From a virus (Duplodnaviria > Caudoviricetes), in IMG/VR virus record IMGVR_UViG_3300043420_000463, positions 1 to 57,792 of that record: a stretch of 57,792 nt of DNA; one strand, given 5' to 3'. Of the stretch, positions 1 through 7,177 are shown one piece after another (position 1 is the stretch's first letter; each line of letters opens with the position of its first letter). Made by a program: the position numbers and the translations under genes. Under the pieces are notes generated by a model. It was not told where the DNA came from and did not search any database. It saw only the letters and a program-made list of their open reading frames with translations.

Positions 1-221
1 GTTGGTACGTTGATTACTGGATATGGTATCCTAGTATTGGGAGCATCAATAACAGGAACTTCAAGACCACGAACTACAGGTGCCTCAACACCACGAACTA
101 CTGGTCTCTCTATGGTGGGGATGATAGAGGGACCAGCGATTCGATTGATGTTTGTATTTGGAACCTTGATCGGATTATTTCCGATGATTGGTATCAGATT
201 AGGATTATCAATTGGATCCAT
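1..221 (-). CDS. Pro/Val-rich hypothetical protein, runs off the window edge
   Basis: Manual translation from ATG 221: MDPIDNPNLIPIIGNNPIKVPNTNINRIAGPSIIPTIERPVVRGVEAPVVRGLEVPVIDAP...; open to base 1; overlaps the end of the upstream gene. Confidence 0.7.
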   Translation of the reverse strand, partial: MDPIDNPNLIPIIGNNPIKVPNTNINRIAGPSIIPTIERPVVRGVEAPVVRGLEVPVIDAPNTRIPYPVINVP

Positions 222-789
222 TTACAACGTCCTGTACTCTCGGATACTTGACAACGACATCGGCACAGATCTTATGGTAAGGACTATCAGGATGGAAACT
301 AACTCCATTCTTGTATGCCTCACCACACTTCAATAATCTAACTAACTCAAAGTCTAGACGTGCCTTGTCTGCTTCTGCCTTCTGTCTTTCGATCTCTACC
401 TTTGCTCTTGCTTTACAAAGTTCCATTAGACCACCATCTAAAGGAATATTCACACCAGCAGAGATACCAAAGTTACCATTACGGGACGTAAATGTTTCTG
501 GATCTTCACTACTGTTGTTACTTCCTAAGGCAAATGGTGATACGCTGAAGGTTGCTCCTTGGCAACTGACTCCTGCTCCATAGGTGTTGAGAGCATATGG
601 TCCCTGTAATACTTGTACAGCCTGATTAGTGACATTGCCTGTAGCGGAAGCACTAGGACCAGCAATGTTAGTATTAGAAGGAGCGGGAGCACTTTGAGCG
701 AGAACTGGTAGTGTTCCACAAGCAATTACTGTGTAAAGACAGAGATTGATGTAGTAGTTGATTGTGTTTCGGTTGTTCGATCTATCCAT
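208..789 (-). CDS. Putative exported protein (signal-like N-terminus, beta-hairpin, coiled coil, several Cys)
   Basis: Hydrophobic stretch ending VLA-QS; GNFGISAGVNIPL strand; helical C-terminus; start uncertain (64-nt overlap with upstream gene). Confidence 0.7.
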   Translation of the reverse strand: MDRSNNRNTINYYINLCLYTVIACGTLPVLAQSAPAPSNTNIAGPSASATGNVTNQAVQVLQGPYALNTYGAGVSCQGATFSVSPFALGSNNSSEDPETFTSRNGNFGISAGVNIPLDGGLMELCKARAKVEIERQKAEADKARLDFELVRLLKCGEAYKNGVSFHPDSPYHKICADVVVKYPRVQDVVNGSN

Positions 790-1085
790 GTTTCTTTAGC
801 CAATCCAGGTCCGAGGTATGTTTCGCTGAACTGGAAAGGAGCACCAGGAGTGATGATACTATAATTTGCCCCAGGAGCAGGAGTCCCAGGGATGTTGATG
901 TTTGTTCCAGTTACAGTATAAGATTCACCAGTTGTATATTCAACTTGACGAATAGTTTCTACAATTCTTGTAGTTGATTCTGTTGTAGCGTTGATTGTGC
1001 CTCTAGTAAAATTAGGCACAACACTCTCTGCTAGGGCAGGTGAAGACACCCCTAACAGGACTAACCCTGCTAGGAGATACTTCAT
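726..1085 (-). CDS. Exported Thr-rich beta protein
   Basis: Sec signal MKYLLAGLVLLGVSSPALA; ATGA overlap with upstream gene. Confidence 0.8.
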   Translation of the reverse strand: MKYLLAGLVLLGVSSPALAESVVPNFTRGTINATTESTTRIVETIRQVEYTTGESYTVTGTNINIPGTPAPGANYSIITPGAPFQFSETYLGPGLAKETWIDRTTETQSTTTSISVFTQ

Positions 1086-1543
1086 TTGAACACACTCAAT
1101 TCGATGGTTCTTTGACCCGTAGCAGTAGTACCAGCACCACCAGCGGTTACAGTAGGAACACCAGTTGTTGATAGAGTACCAGCAAGGGATCCTTTATCAC
1201 CACCAGTTTGAGTTACGCTGTCGCCATAAAGATTGGGCGAACCGATTACACCGCCAGTAACTGTCTGTGAAGTTACGGGTGTATCAGCAGCGTTGAAGCT
1301 CTCACTAAAGGAGAATGCCTGACCAGCAGTATTGATATCGTAGGTTCCAGCACCACCTACACCACCAAAGGATGAGGATTGGATGTTGGTTCCTGAAGCG
1401 GAGTAAGAAGCACCAATTCGTGTGGATTGAACAGCAGCACCATCAACTTTCAATTGAATAGAATCAGTAATTCTTGATGTAATTTCAGCAGCATTAGAAG
1501 GAATAGCAAAGAATAACGAAGAGATTAGAAGTAATCTTTTCAT
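1082..1543 (-). CDS. Exported Gly/Thr-rich beta protein, paralog of 726..1085
   Basis: Start reassigned to ATG 1543 (MKRLLLISSLFFAIPSNA signal); shared GTNI and F.FSE motifs. Confidence 0.8.
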   Translation of the reverse strand: MKRLLLISSLFFAIPSNAAEITSRITDSIQLKVDGAAVQSTRIGASYSASGTNIQSSSFGGVGGAGTYDINTAGQAFSFSESFNAADTPVTSQTVTGGVIGSPNLYGDSVTQTGGDKGSLAGTLSTTGVPTVTAGGAGTTATGQRTIELSVFK

Positions 1544-1570
1544 TTTTCTTGTATGGAATGAGACCAAAGT

Positions 1571-1577
1571 TATTTAT
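1571..1577 (-). promoter_or_regulatory. T4-type late promoter core
   Basis: ATAAATA on minus strand about 28 nt upstream of ATG 1543. Confidence 0.55.
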
Positions 1578-2035
1578 TCAATTAGGGTGCCGTTAGCTCT
1601 ACGAATTTCCTTGAGTTCCTCAAAATTCTTTTTCTTAGTGCCACCATCATATGCCCAGGCATATCCCTCGGCAATCATCTGTTCGTTGAGAGACACTTCT
1701 GCGTCCCCAACGTATAACCAACCCAGAAGGCGACCGTACTTCCCGAAACCACCAACAAGTTCAGTCCTAATGATAAGATCGTCAGCACCAGCAATAACCT
1801 TGGCAAGTTCTTCTTCGAGCCAGTGGGTAGCATCGTATCCGAGTGCTTTTTCTTCCTGATCTGTTGTGCGTTTCTCTGGAGTATCGACACCAGCGATACG
1901 AACTCTTTCCTTTTTATAGAGATCAAATCCCAGATCGATAATGACATCGATAGTATCTCCGTCTATAACTTTTTCTACTTCTTTTACTCTAAAGTTGTAA
2001 CAACTCTTTCTGCTTGGGGGTGTCAGGGCTCCCAT
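1574..2035 (-). CDS. Staphylococcal-nuclease-like (SNase) endonuclease
   Basis: VIDGDTIDV, RVRIAGVDTPE, GKYGRLLG, LNEQMIAEGYA motifs; start moved to ATG 2035. Confidence 0.9.
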   Translation of the reverse strand: MGALTPPSRKSCYNFRVKEVEKVIDGDTIDVIIDLGFDLYKKERVRIAGVDTPEKRTTDQEEKALGYDATHWLEEELAKVIAGADDLIIRTELVGGFGKYGRLLGWLYVGDAEVSLNEQMIAEGYAWAYDGGTKKKNFEELKEIRRANGTLIE

Positions 2036-2096
2036 AAATTCCTTAGCGTCTCTAATATTTAGAAAAATAAATACTAAAGCCCGAGCATTCGTACCA

Positions 2097-2801
2097 ATGG
2101 AAATTGATCTACACAATTTTTTCAGGTTCTACAAACACGAGAACCCCCAACACGCTGCCGCTGTACAGTGGCTAGAAGATAACCTACCAAAAGAATATCT
2201 TGACGACAATTCTGAGTGGGTTAAGATCTTCAGGAAACCAGCACCTGCCGCTGCTGGTGGTATCACAAACCCTCTCAAGGTTCCCTACTACCCACAGACA
2301 GATAACTACACTAACGCCGAGCGTACATGTAACTCATCTTCCTGTGCTATGTGCCTAGAGTATTTCAAACCAGGAACACTACCTGCTGGTCCTAAGGGAG
2401 ATGATGCTTATGTCAAGGAAGTATTTAAAATCGGTGACACTACAGACCATGCTGTTCAGACTAAAGTTCTAGAAAAGTTTGGTGTTAAATCACACTTCTC
2501 ATACAACCTATCATTTGCTGATCTCGATAAGCAACTTGCTGCTGGTAGACCAGTAGTAATCGGTATCCTCCACAGAGGTCCTCTTAGTGCTCCTAAGGGC
2601 GGTCACATGTGTGTAGTCATCGGCAAGAAGGGTGAAGACTACATCGTTAACGATCCTTATGGTGATCTAAACGATGGTTACTCATCGGATGTTATGAATG
2701 GTAAGGGTGCTGTGTACAAGAAGTCACACCTTGCTAAGCGTTGGAACCCAGCAGGTAACGATGGTTGGGGTCGTATCTTCGATCAACCACTCCCAAAGTA
2801 G
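2097..2801 (+). CDS. C39-like (papain-fold) cysteine peptidase, probable cell-wall enzyme
   Basis: Cys (RTCNSSSCAM), His (GGHMCVV), Asp (VNDPYG); ATAAATA late core at 2067-2073. Confidence 0.85.
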   Translation: MEIDLHNFFRFYKHENPQHAAAVQWLEDNLPKEYLDDNSEWVKIFRKPAPAAAGGITNPLKVPYYPQTDNYTNAERTCNSSSCAMCLEYFKPGTLPAGPKGDDAYVKEVFKIGDTTDHAVQTKVLEKFGVKSHFSYNLSFADLDKQLAAGRPVVIGILHRGPLSAPKGGHMCVVIGKKGEDYIVNDPYGDLNDGYSSDVMNGKGAVYKKSHLAKRWNPAGNDGWGRIFDQPLPK

Positions 2802-2830
2802 CAAGCGGCAGTGGCCCTGCTGCTGCCGCT
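2792..2830 (+). promoter_or_regulatory. Predicted -1 programmed ribosomal frameshift signal
   Basis: C CCA AAG heptamer immediately before TAG; 12-bp hairpin 2804-2830 begins 5 nt downstream. Confidence 0.8.
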
Positions 2831-3352
2831 GAACCTACCGCTCCTGCCCCTGCTTGGGGTGCTGGCGGCGGTGCTAAGACTCCACCCGACGAGGCACCCC
2901 CTGTTGGTTTGAAGTTAATCAAGGAATTTGAAGGTTGTCATTTGGAGGCTTACCCTGACCCTCTTTCAGGAGGACCCCCAATCACAATTGGATGGGGGTC
3001 CACAAGAGACAAAAACGGAAACCCCTTCAAATTGGGAGACAAAATTAGCCAAGATGAGGCAGATGCCTTACTCGTGGACCAATGCCGTAAGCAGTTTATA
3101 CCTTCGCTGCGTAAAATTCCATTTTGGGACGAAATGAGTGATGGACAAAGAGGCGCTTTGCTCAGCTTCGCTTATAATCTTGGGGCTGGTTTCTACGGTG
3201 GTTCTAACTTTAATACTATTACTAAACGCTTGAAGAATAAGGAGTGGGACTTAGTGCCCGAAGCATTATTCCTCTATCGTAATCCTGGTAGTCATGTTGA
3301 AGCAGGTCTTGCCCGCCGCCGTAAGGCAGAGGGCGAACTTTGGAAGTCTTGA
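2798..3352 (+). CDS. GH24 phage lysozyme with Ala/Pro linker; probably the frameshifted extension of the C39 gene
   Basis: EFEGCHLEAYPD...ITIGWG catalytic E/D/T, ALLSFAYNLG, GLARRRKAE; no ATG upstream of the catalytic domain. Confidence 0.9.
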   Translation, partial: VASGSGPAAAAEPTAPAPAWGAGGGAKTPPDEAPPVGLKLIKEFEGCHLEAYPDPLSGGPPITIGWGSTRDKNGNPFKLGDKISQDEADALLVDQCRKQFIPSLRKIPFWDEMSDGQRGALLSFAYNLGAGFYGGSNFNTITKRLKNKEWDLVPEALFLYRNPGSHVEAGLARRRKAEGELWKS

Positions 3353-3377
3353 CGCTAGCCTAAATATATGATATTAT
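3349..3377 (+). promoter_or_regulatory. Sigma70-type promoter
   Basis: TTGACG-N17-TATTAT with TG extension. Confidence 0.7.
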
Positions 3378-3378
3378 G

Positions 3379-3409
3379 AAAACCCACCCTTAAACAAGGT
3401 GGGTTTTTT
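3379..3409 (+). terminator. Intrinsic terminator
   Basis: AAACCCACC/GGTGGGTTT stem followed by T tract. Confidence 0.8.
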
Positions 3410-3430
3410 ATTATGAGAATTTGATGTGAC

Positions 3431-3500
3431 AATTAGAGCCGAGGAAGGTGCCCATCGAGAGGTGTGGTGTACCCCCCTTCTATTCGGATGTAGAGTTCAA
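3431..3500 (+). ncRNA. Candidate structured 5' leader RNA, family unassigned
   Basis: GC-rich nested stems CCGA/TCGG, GAAGG/CCTTC and CATC-GAGA-GGTG tetraloop just upstream of ATG 3510. Confidence 0.5.
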
Positions 3501-3509
3501 TACGTATTA

Positions 3510-4193
3510 ATGCCAAACACATTTACAATTGTAGCGGCTTCTCTAGTAGGAATCGCTGCACCGACTACGGCACTACTGCCGTTTCAGAATTATAAGATGG
3601 ATGGTCCACCGCCACCAGTAATTGTTGGAAAAGATCTTCTCCCCTCTTATAAACCATTCTCTATCATTAGAGAATTTGAATCTGGAAAGACAGCAACCAA
3701 AGAAGTTGCAGAACCTAAGCCTAAAGAGAAGAGGCTTATTTGTAAAGGGTGTAATGAAAATGAAAATACCGCCCTGGCATTTTTCCAGGATCAAGGTATT
3801 CGAGATAGAAACGCCCTAGCTACTATCCTAGGAAATATCAAGCAGGAAAGTAATTTCCATGCTAATATTTGTGAGGGTGGTAGTAGGATCAATTATCATT
3901 CCTGCCGTTGGGGAGGTTATGGTTTGATCCAATGGACATCTACTAATCGTTATTATGGATTGGGTGACTTTGCTAAGAAGTATGGTGGTAATCCATCAGC
4001 ACTTCATACACAACTTCGTTATCTAACAAATGAAGTTCAATGGCAACGTATCGAAGACCGTTTGAAAACTCCTGGCAAGTCTATCGATCGTTACATGAAC
4101 TATGCTTATAGTTGGATTGGTTGGGGCATTCATGGTGCTCGTACACATTATGCCTATGATTATGCTCGACGAATGATTACAGTAGAGGTTTAA
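3510..4193 (+). CDS. Cell-wall hydrolase, phage-tail-lysozyme (Phage_lysozyme2)-like, with N-terminal hydrophobic segment
   Basis: ALATILGNIKQESNF and GYGLIQWT motifs; start moved to ATG 3510. Confidence 0.8.
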   Translation: MPNTFTIVAASLVGIAAPTTALLPFQNYKMDGPPPPVIVGKDLLPSYKPFSIIREFESGKTATKEVAEPKPKEKRLICKGCNENENTALAFFQDQGIRDRNALATILGNIKQESNFHANICEGGSRINYHSCRWGGYGLIQWTSTNRYYGLGDFAKKYGGNPSALHTQLRYLTNEVQWQRIEDRLKTPGKSIDRYMNYAYSWIGWGIHGARTHYAYDYARRMITVEV

Positions 4194-4200
4194 CAATTGA

Positions 4201-4229
4201 ATAAATAAGGGGTGCTTTGACACCCCTTT
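4201..4229 (+). promoter_or_regulatory. Late promoter core abutting a hairpin that ends at the next start codon
   Basis: ATAAATA 4201-4207; AAGGGGTG/CACCCCTT stem 4207-4228; ATG at 4230. Confidence 0.55.
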
Positions 4230-4733
4230 ATGTTAAATTTTCATATTGGTAAGAAGAAAACTAGTTTAAAAGACATGATGATTGTGTCTGCTATACTAGC
4301 AATAGTTGTGGGTGGTATAGCATCGTTCACAAATTTACCAAAACAAAAGGTCTGGTGTGCTATAGATCAGTTGACCAGACGACTAAATAATGATACACTT
4401 GAAGACGTAAAATTAAAGATTAATGAGATCATTGCTTGTAGAGCACAAGAAGCAATAGATAAAGGTGAAAAAGATTTCAAAAAATATTATGAAATCATCA
4501 CTGGTAAACGCTGGAAACCTGTAGAGATTACACCACCGCTTTACTCGGAGCAACCGATTGACGAGAAGGTGTGCTATACTGGTCCATGTCAAGACCTCGG
4601 AGGACAGATGAGACTGTGCTCTCAGTGGGTCGAAGGGTGTGAGGGAACCCCTGTTGAGTATGAAGAACTGTCACTACCAGATCTGAAGCTTGACAAACCT
4701 ACCAAACCAATGGTAGAATTCTTCAAGTTCTGA
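4230..4733 (+). CDS. Membrane-anchored hypothetical protein (TM, helical region, Pro/Cys-rich tail)
   Basis: Basic N-terminus, TM IVSAILAIVVGGIASF, 6 Cys. Confidence 0.75.
   Translation: MLNFHIGKKKTSLKDMMIVSAILAIVVGGIASFTNLPKQKVWCAIDQLTRRLNNDTLEDVKLKINEIIACRAQEAIDKGEKDFKKYYEIITGKRWKPVEITPPLYSEQPIDEKVCYTGPCQDLGGQMRLCSQWVEGCEGTPVEYEELSLPDLKLDKPTKPMVEFFKF
4690..4719 (+). promoter_or_regulatory. Sigma70-type promoter for the tRNA cluster
   Basis: TTGACA-N18-TAGAAT with TG extension, 12 nt before tRNA-Arg. Confidence 0.7.
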
Positions 4734-4805
4734 CTCAGTAGCTCAGTTGGATAGAGCATCTGCCTTCTAAGCAGTTGGTCGGGGGTTCAAGTCCCTCCTG
4801 AGTCG
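4732..4805 (+). tRNA. tRNA-Arg(TCT)
   Basis: GACTCAG/CTGAGTC acceptor, loop CTTCTAA, GGTTCAAGTCC T arm. Confidence 0.95.
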
Positions 4806-4843
4806 CTTGGAGTATACTCCATACTATTCTTTTGGTTATTACT

Positions 4844-5011
4844 ATGTCTCTAATTTCTCAAAAAGATCGAGAAGTTGCTATTGCTGCTCTTGAAAACTAT
4901 CTAATGAAGTTGAGAACTGAAAATCAGTTTGATGATCCTCAAATTATGGAAGCAAATGCTCTATTAAATTGGGTAAAACTTGAATATCAAAAGAATCATA
5001 TTCCACAATAG
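4844..5011 (+). CDS. Small hypothetical protein (55 aa)
   Basis: Manual: MSLISQKDREVAIAALENYLMKLRTENQFDDPQIMEANALLNWVKLEYQKNHIPQ; stop lies inside tRNA-Asn. Confidence 0.7.
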   Translation: MSLISQKDREVAIAALENYLMKLRTENQFDDPQIMEANALLNWVKLEYQKNHIPQ

Positions 5012-5073
5012 CTCAGCGGTAGAGCCATCGACTGTTAATCGATTGGTCCCTGGTTCGAATCCAGGTTGTGGAG
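5002..5073 (+). tRNA. tRNA-Asn(GTT)
   Basis: TCCACAA/TTGTGGA acceptor, loop CTGTTAA. Confidence 0.95.
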
Positions 5074-5088
5074 TTGTTGTTAGATGTT

Positions 5089-5724
5089 ATGTCGGAAATC
5101 ATTCCTTTATTTGCCACTCCCCTATACAAAGCACATATAGAAATACCAATCGATGTTTCTGTAGCGTGTAAGAGTGAAAAATATTACAGAAATACTTCTA
5201 ACAACGGATGGATGACTACAAAAAACATTCATCACGAATCAGATTATTTTCCTTTAATGAAAATAATTGATTCACATGTACAAGAATATGCTTATAACTT
5301 TTTAGAAATATCTGAAGAGACTAAGTTTTCTTGTTGTGGCTCGTGGATTAATTTACATGCTAATGTAGAAAATAAAATTGATTGGGCACCAGAGCACTGG
5401 CATCCCAATTCAATGATTAGTGGTGTTGTTTACTTGGATGCTCCCCCAGGATCTGGTGGAATTAAATTTCATTGTAATCAACACCGAACCCATTTGTTTG
5501 GATCATTCTTTGATTTAAAATTTTCTAAAAAGAATAGATTTAATACCTATGATTTGACAATTCCAGTACAAACTGGTATGATTGTTTTGTTTCCATCCAC
5601 ACTAATTCACTCGGTCCCTCCTAACACAAGATCAATTAAACGATATAGTTTTGCTTTTGATTATATTCCTGTTGGAGTTATGGATACGAGTTTAAATCAA
5701 TTAACAATATCAACGGGCGATTAA
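5089..5724 (+). CDS. 2OG-Fe(II) oxygenase superfamily protein (TIGR02466-like)
   Basis: PLFATP start, HWHPNSMISGVVYL, LFPSTLIHSV, RYSFAF; start moved to ATG 5089. Confidence 0.85.
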   Translation: MSEIIPLFATPLYKAHIEIPIDVSVACKSEKYYRNTSNNGWMTTKNIHHESDYFPLMKIIDSHVQEYAYNFLEISEETKFSCCGSWINLHANVENKIDWAPEHWHPNSMISGVVYLDAPPGSGGIKFHCNQHRTHLFGSFFDLKFSKKNRFNTYDLTIPVQTGMIVLFPSTLIHSVPPNTRSIKRYSFAFDYIPVGVMDTSLNQLTISTGD

Positions 5725-5786
5725 CTCAGCGGTAGAGTGGCTGCCTTACAAGCAGTAAGTCATTGGTTCGAATCCGATATTGCCCA
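5715..5786 (+). tRNA. tRNA-Val(TAC)
   Basis: GGGCGAT/ATTGCCC acceptor, loop CTTACAA. Confidence 0.93.
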
Positions 5787-5805
5787 TAGTTATCAACTAA
5801 TATTA

Positions 5806-6339
5806 ATGTATAACGTTATCGATAACTTCCTAACTCCATCGGAAGCTCACAGAATCGAAAGCTTTCTTTTTTCATTAAATTTTCCTTGGTTCTATGGTGA
5901 TCGAGTTGTAAGTGATAGTGATATTTCTAATATAGAGTGTTCGGAAATTGATAATTATCAGTTATCTCATCTATTTTATAGAAATTATACTTTTACGGGT
6001 CAATTTCATAATATATTAGATCCAATAATTAAAAAACTGGAAGCAGAATCTTTGGTTAAGATTAAAGCAAACTTGAATCCAAGAACAGAAACAATAGTTA
6101 AACATGGGTATCATAGAGATCTTCCGATAGATTGTCTGACAGCAGTGTATTATGTAAATACAAATAATGGTTACACTGAGTTTAAGACTGGGGATAGAAT
6201 TGAAAGTATAAGTGGAAGACTTTTAGTTTTCAATTCATCTGAATATCATACAGGATCTACCTGTACTGATAAAAGTGCTAGGTCTGTAATTAATTTAAAT
6301 TTCTTTTCTAGTAAACTGGAAAAAGAATTAGTCAAATAA
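5806..6339 (+). CDS. 2OG-Fe(II) oxygenase superfamily protein
   Basis: VIDNFL, HRD...H triad, RSVINLNF; start moved to ATG 5806. Confidence 0.85.
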   Translation: MYNVIDNFLTPSEAHRIESFLFSLNFPWFYGDRVVSDSDISNIECSEIDNYQLSHLFYRNYTFTGQFHNILDPIIKKLEAESLVKIKANLNPRTETIVKHGYHRDLPIDCLTAVYYVNTNNGYTEFKTGDRIESISGRLLVFNSSEYHTGSTCTDKSARSVINLNFFSSKLEKELVK

Positions 6340-6359
6340 TTTTTAATTGATACATATAC

Positions 6360-6584
6360 ATGGAAGAATTCATTAAACAACTAGATAAGATTGAAGGAAT
6401 GTTAGAAAATGTTAGTCATCAGATGCAAGAATTGCGGGAAGCAATTAGAGGGGCACCCAACGAAAACAAGGAGTTGCCAGTGCGAGAATTTTACGAGCAT
6501 CCGTGGTACAAATATAAGCGGGAACAACTTATCGCTAGTGGAAATTATCAGCAACCCGAAGGAGAAGAAACTTCCGCTGCTTAG
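6360..6584 (+). CDS. Possible overlapping hypothetical protein
   Basis: ATG start, heptad-like N-terminus; 176-nt out-of-frame overlap with the next ORF. Confidence 0.45.
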   Translation: MEEFIKQLDKIEGMLENVSHQMQELREAIRGAPNENKELPVREFYEHPWYKYKREQLIASGNYQQPEGEETSAA

Positions 6585-6657
6585 TAGACAGGACATGGAG
6601 TTTCAGGAGCAGAGAAGACAAAGAAAAGTTAAGAAACTTGACTTTGAAATTAAATAA
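6409..6657 (+). CDS. Zn-ribbon-like cyanophage protein
   Basis: CKNC...CQC motif, basic C-terminus RKVKKLDFEIK. Confidence 0.75.
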   Translation: MLVIRCKNCGKQLEGHPTKTRSCQCENFTSIRGTNISGNNLSLVEIISNPKEKKLPLLSRQDMEFQEQRRQRKVKKLDFEIK

Positions 6658-6717
6658 TCTCTTAAGGTTTTAAATAGTACTAGCGTGTTAGAATACGCTC
6701 ATACATCGGGAGATCAA

Positions 6718-6930
6718 ATGGAACACGATCCTAAGCACCTCAAGCGTAAAGACGCTTTCAATCTATTTTATGAGAGTGTGCTGAAACCAGACCACGAACT
6801 TAGACAGGTGGCCCACGAAACATTATGCTATAATGAATTGATGGAGTGGCGAGACGAGATTCTTGGTTACCTAGATAAGAGAAGAGTTGAAGAGTTTTAT
6901 GGATGGGGTTCTACTGGCGGTTACGATTAA
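6718..6930 (+). CDS. Hypothetical protein
   Basis: GGGAG RBS before ATG 6718. Confidence 0.75.
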   Translation: MEHDPKHLKRKDAFNLFYESVLKPDHELRQVAHETLCYNELMEWRDEILGYLDKRRVEEFYGWGSTGGYD

Positions 6931-7057
6931 ACCGTTCTCACATTTCCTTGCCACTCATACGTGGATCATGATAGTAACTGGGGGGTTTATATGTGCTCCC
7001 CTATTCTTTTTCTGTTTGGATAGTCTAGAACATCCAGACAGATACAAACACAAATAA
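6899..7057 (+). CDS. Small membrane protein (52 aa)
   Basis: Manual: MDGVLLAVTIKPFSHFLATHTWIMIVTGGFICAPLFFFCLDSLEHPDRYKHK; stop abuts tRNA-Pro. Confidence 0.55.
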   Translation: MDGVLLAVTIKPFSHFLATHTWIMIVTGGFICAPLFFFCLDSLEHPDRYKHK

Positions 7058-7131
7058 CGGGGTGTAGCTCAGTTTGGTAGAGCACTCGCTTTGGGAGCGA
7101 GGGGCCGTAGGTTCGAATCCTATCACCCCGA
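7058..7131 (+). tRNA. tRNA-Pro(TGG)
   Basis: CGGGGTG/CACCCCG acceptor, loop TTTGGGA. Confidence 0.95.
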
Positions 7132-7177
7132 TTGGATACTTATCCAAAAAAATAAATATTATTTTACCGATTAAGAA

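Noticed and set aside
2765-2797. TTG start for a stand-alone lysozyme
   Set aside because: No clear SD and the N-terminus would be linker only; frameshift signals explain the ORF better, though not formally excluded
4980-5171. ORF spanning tRNA-Asn, and the extended starts at 5737 and 49567
   Set aside because: They run through tRNA genes; downstream ATGs give complete oxygenase domains
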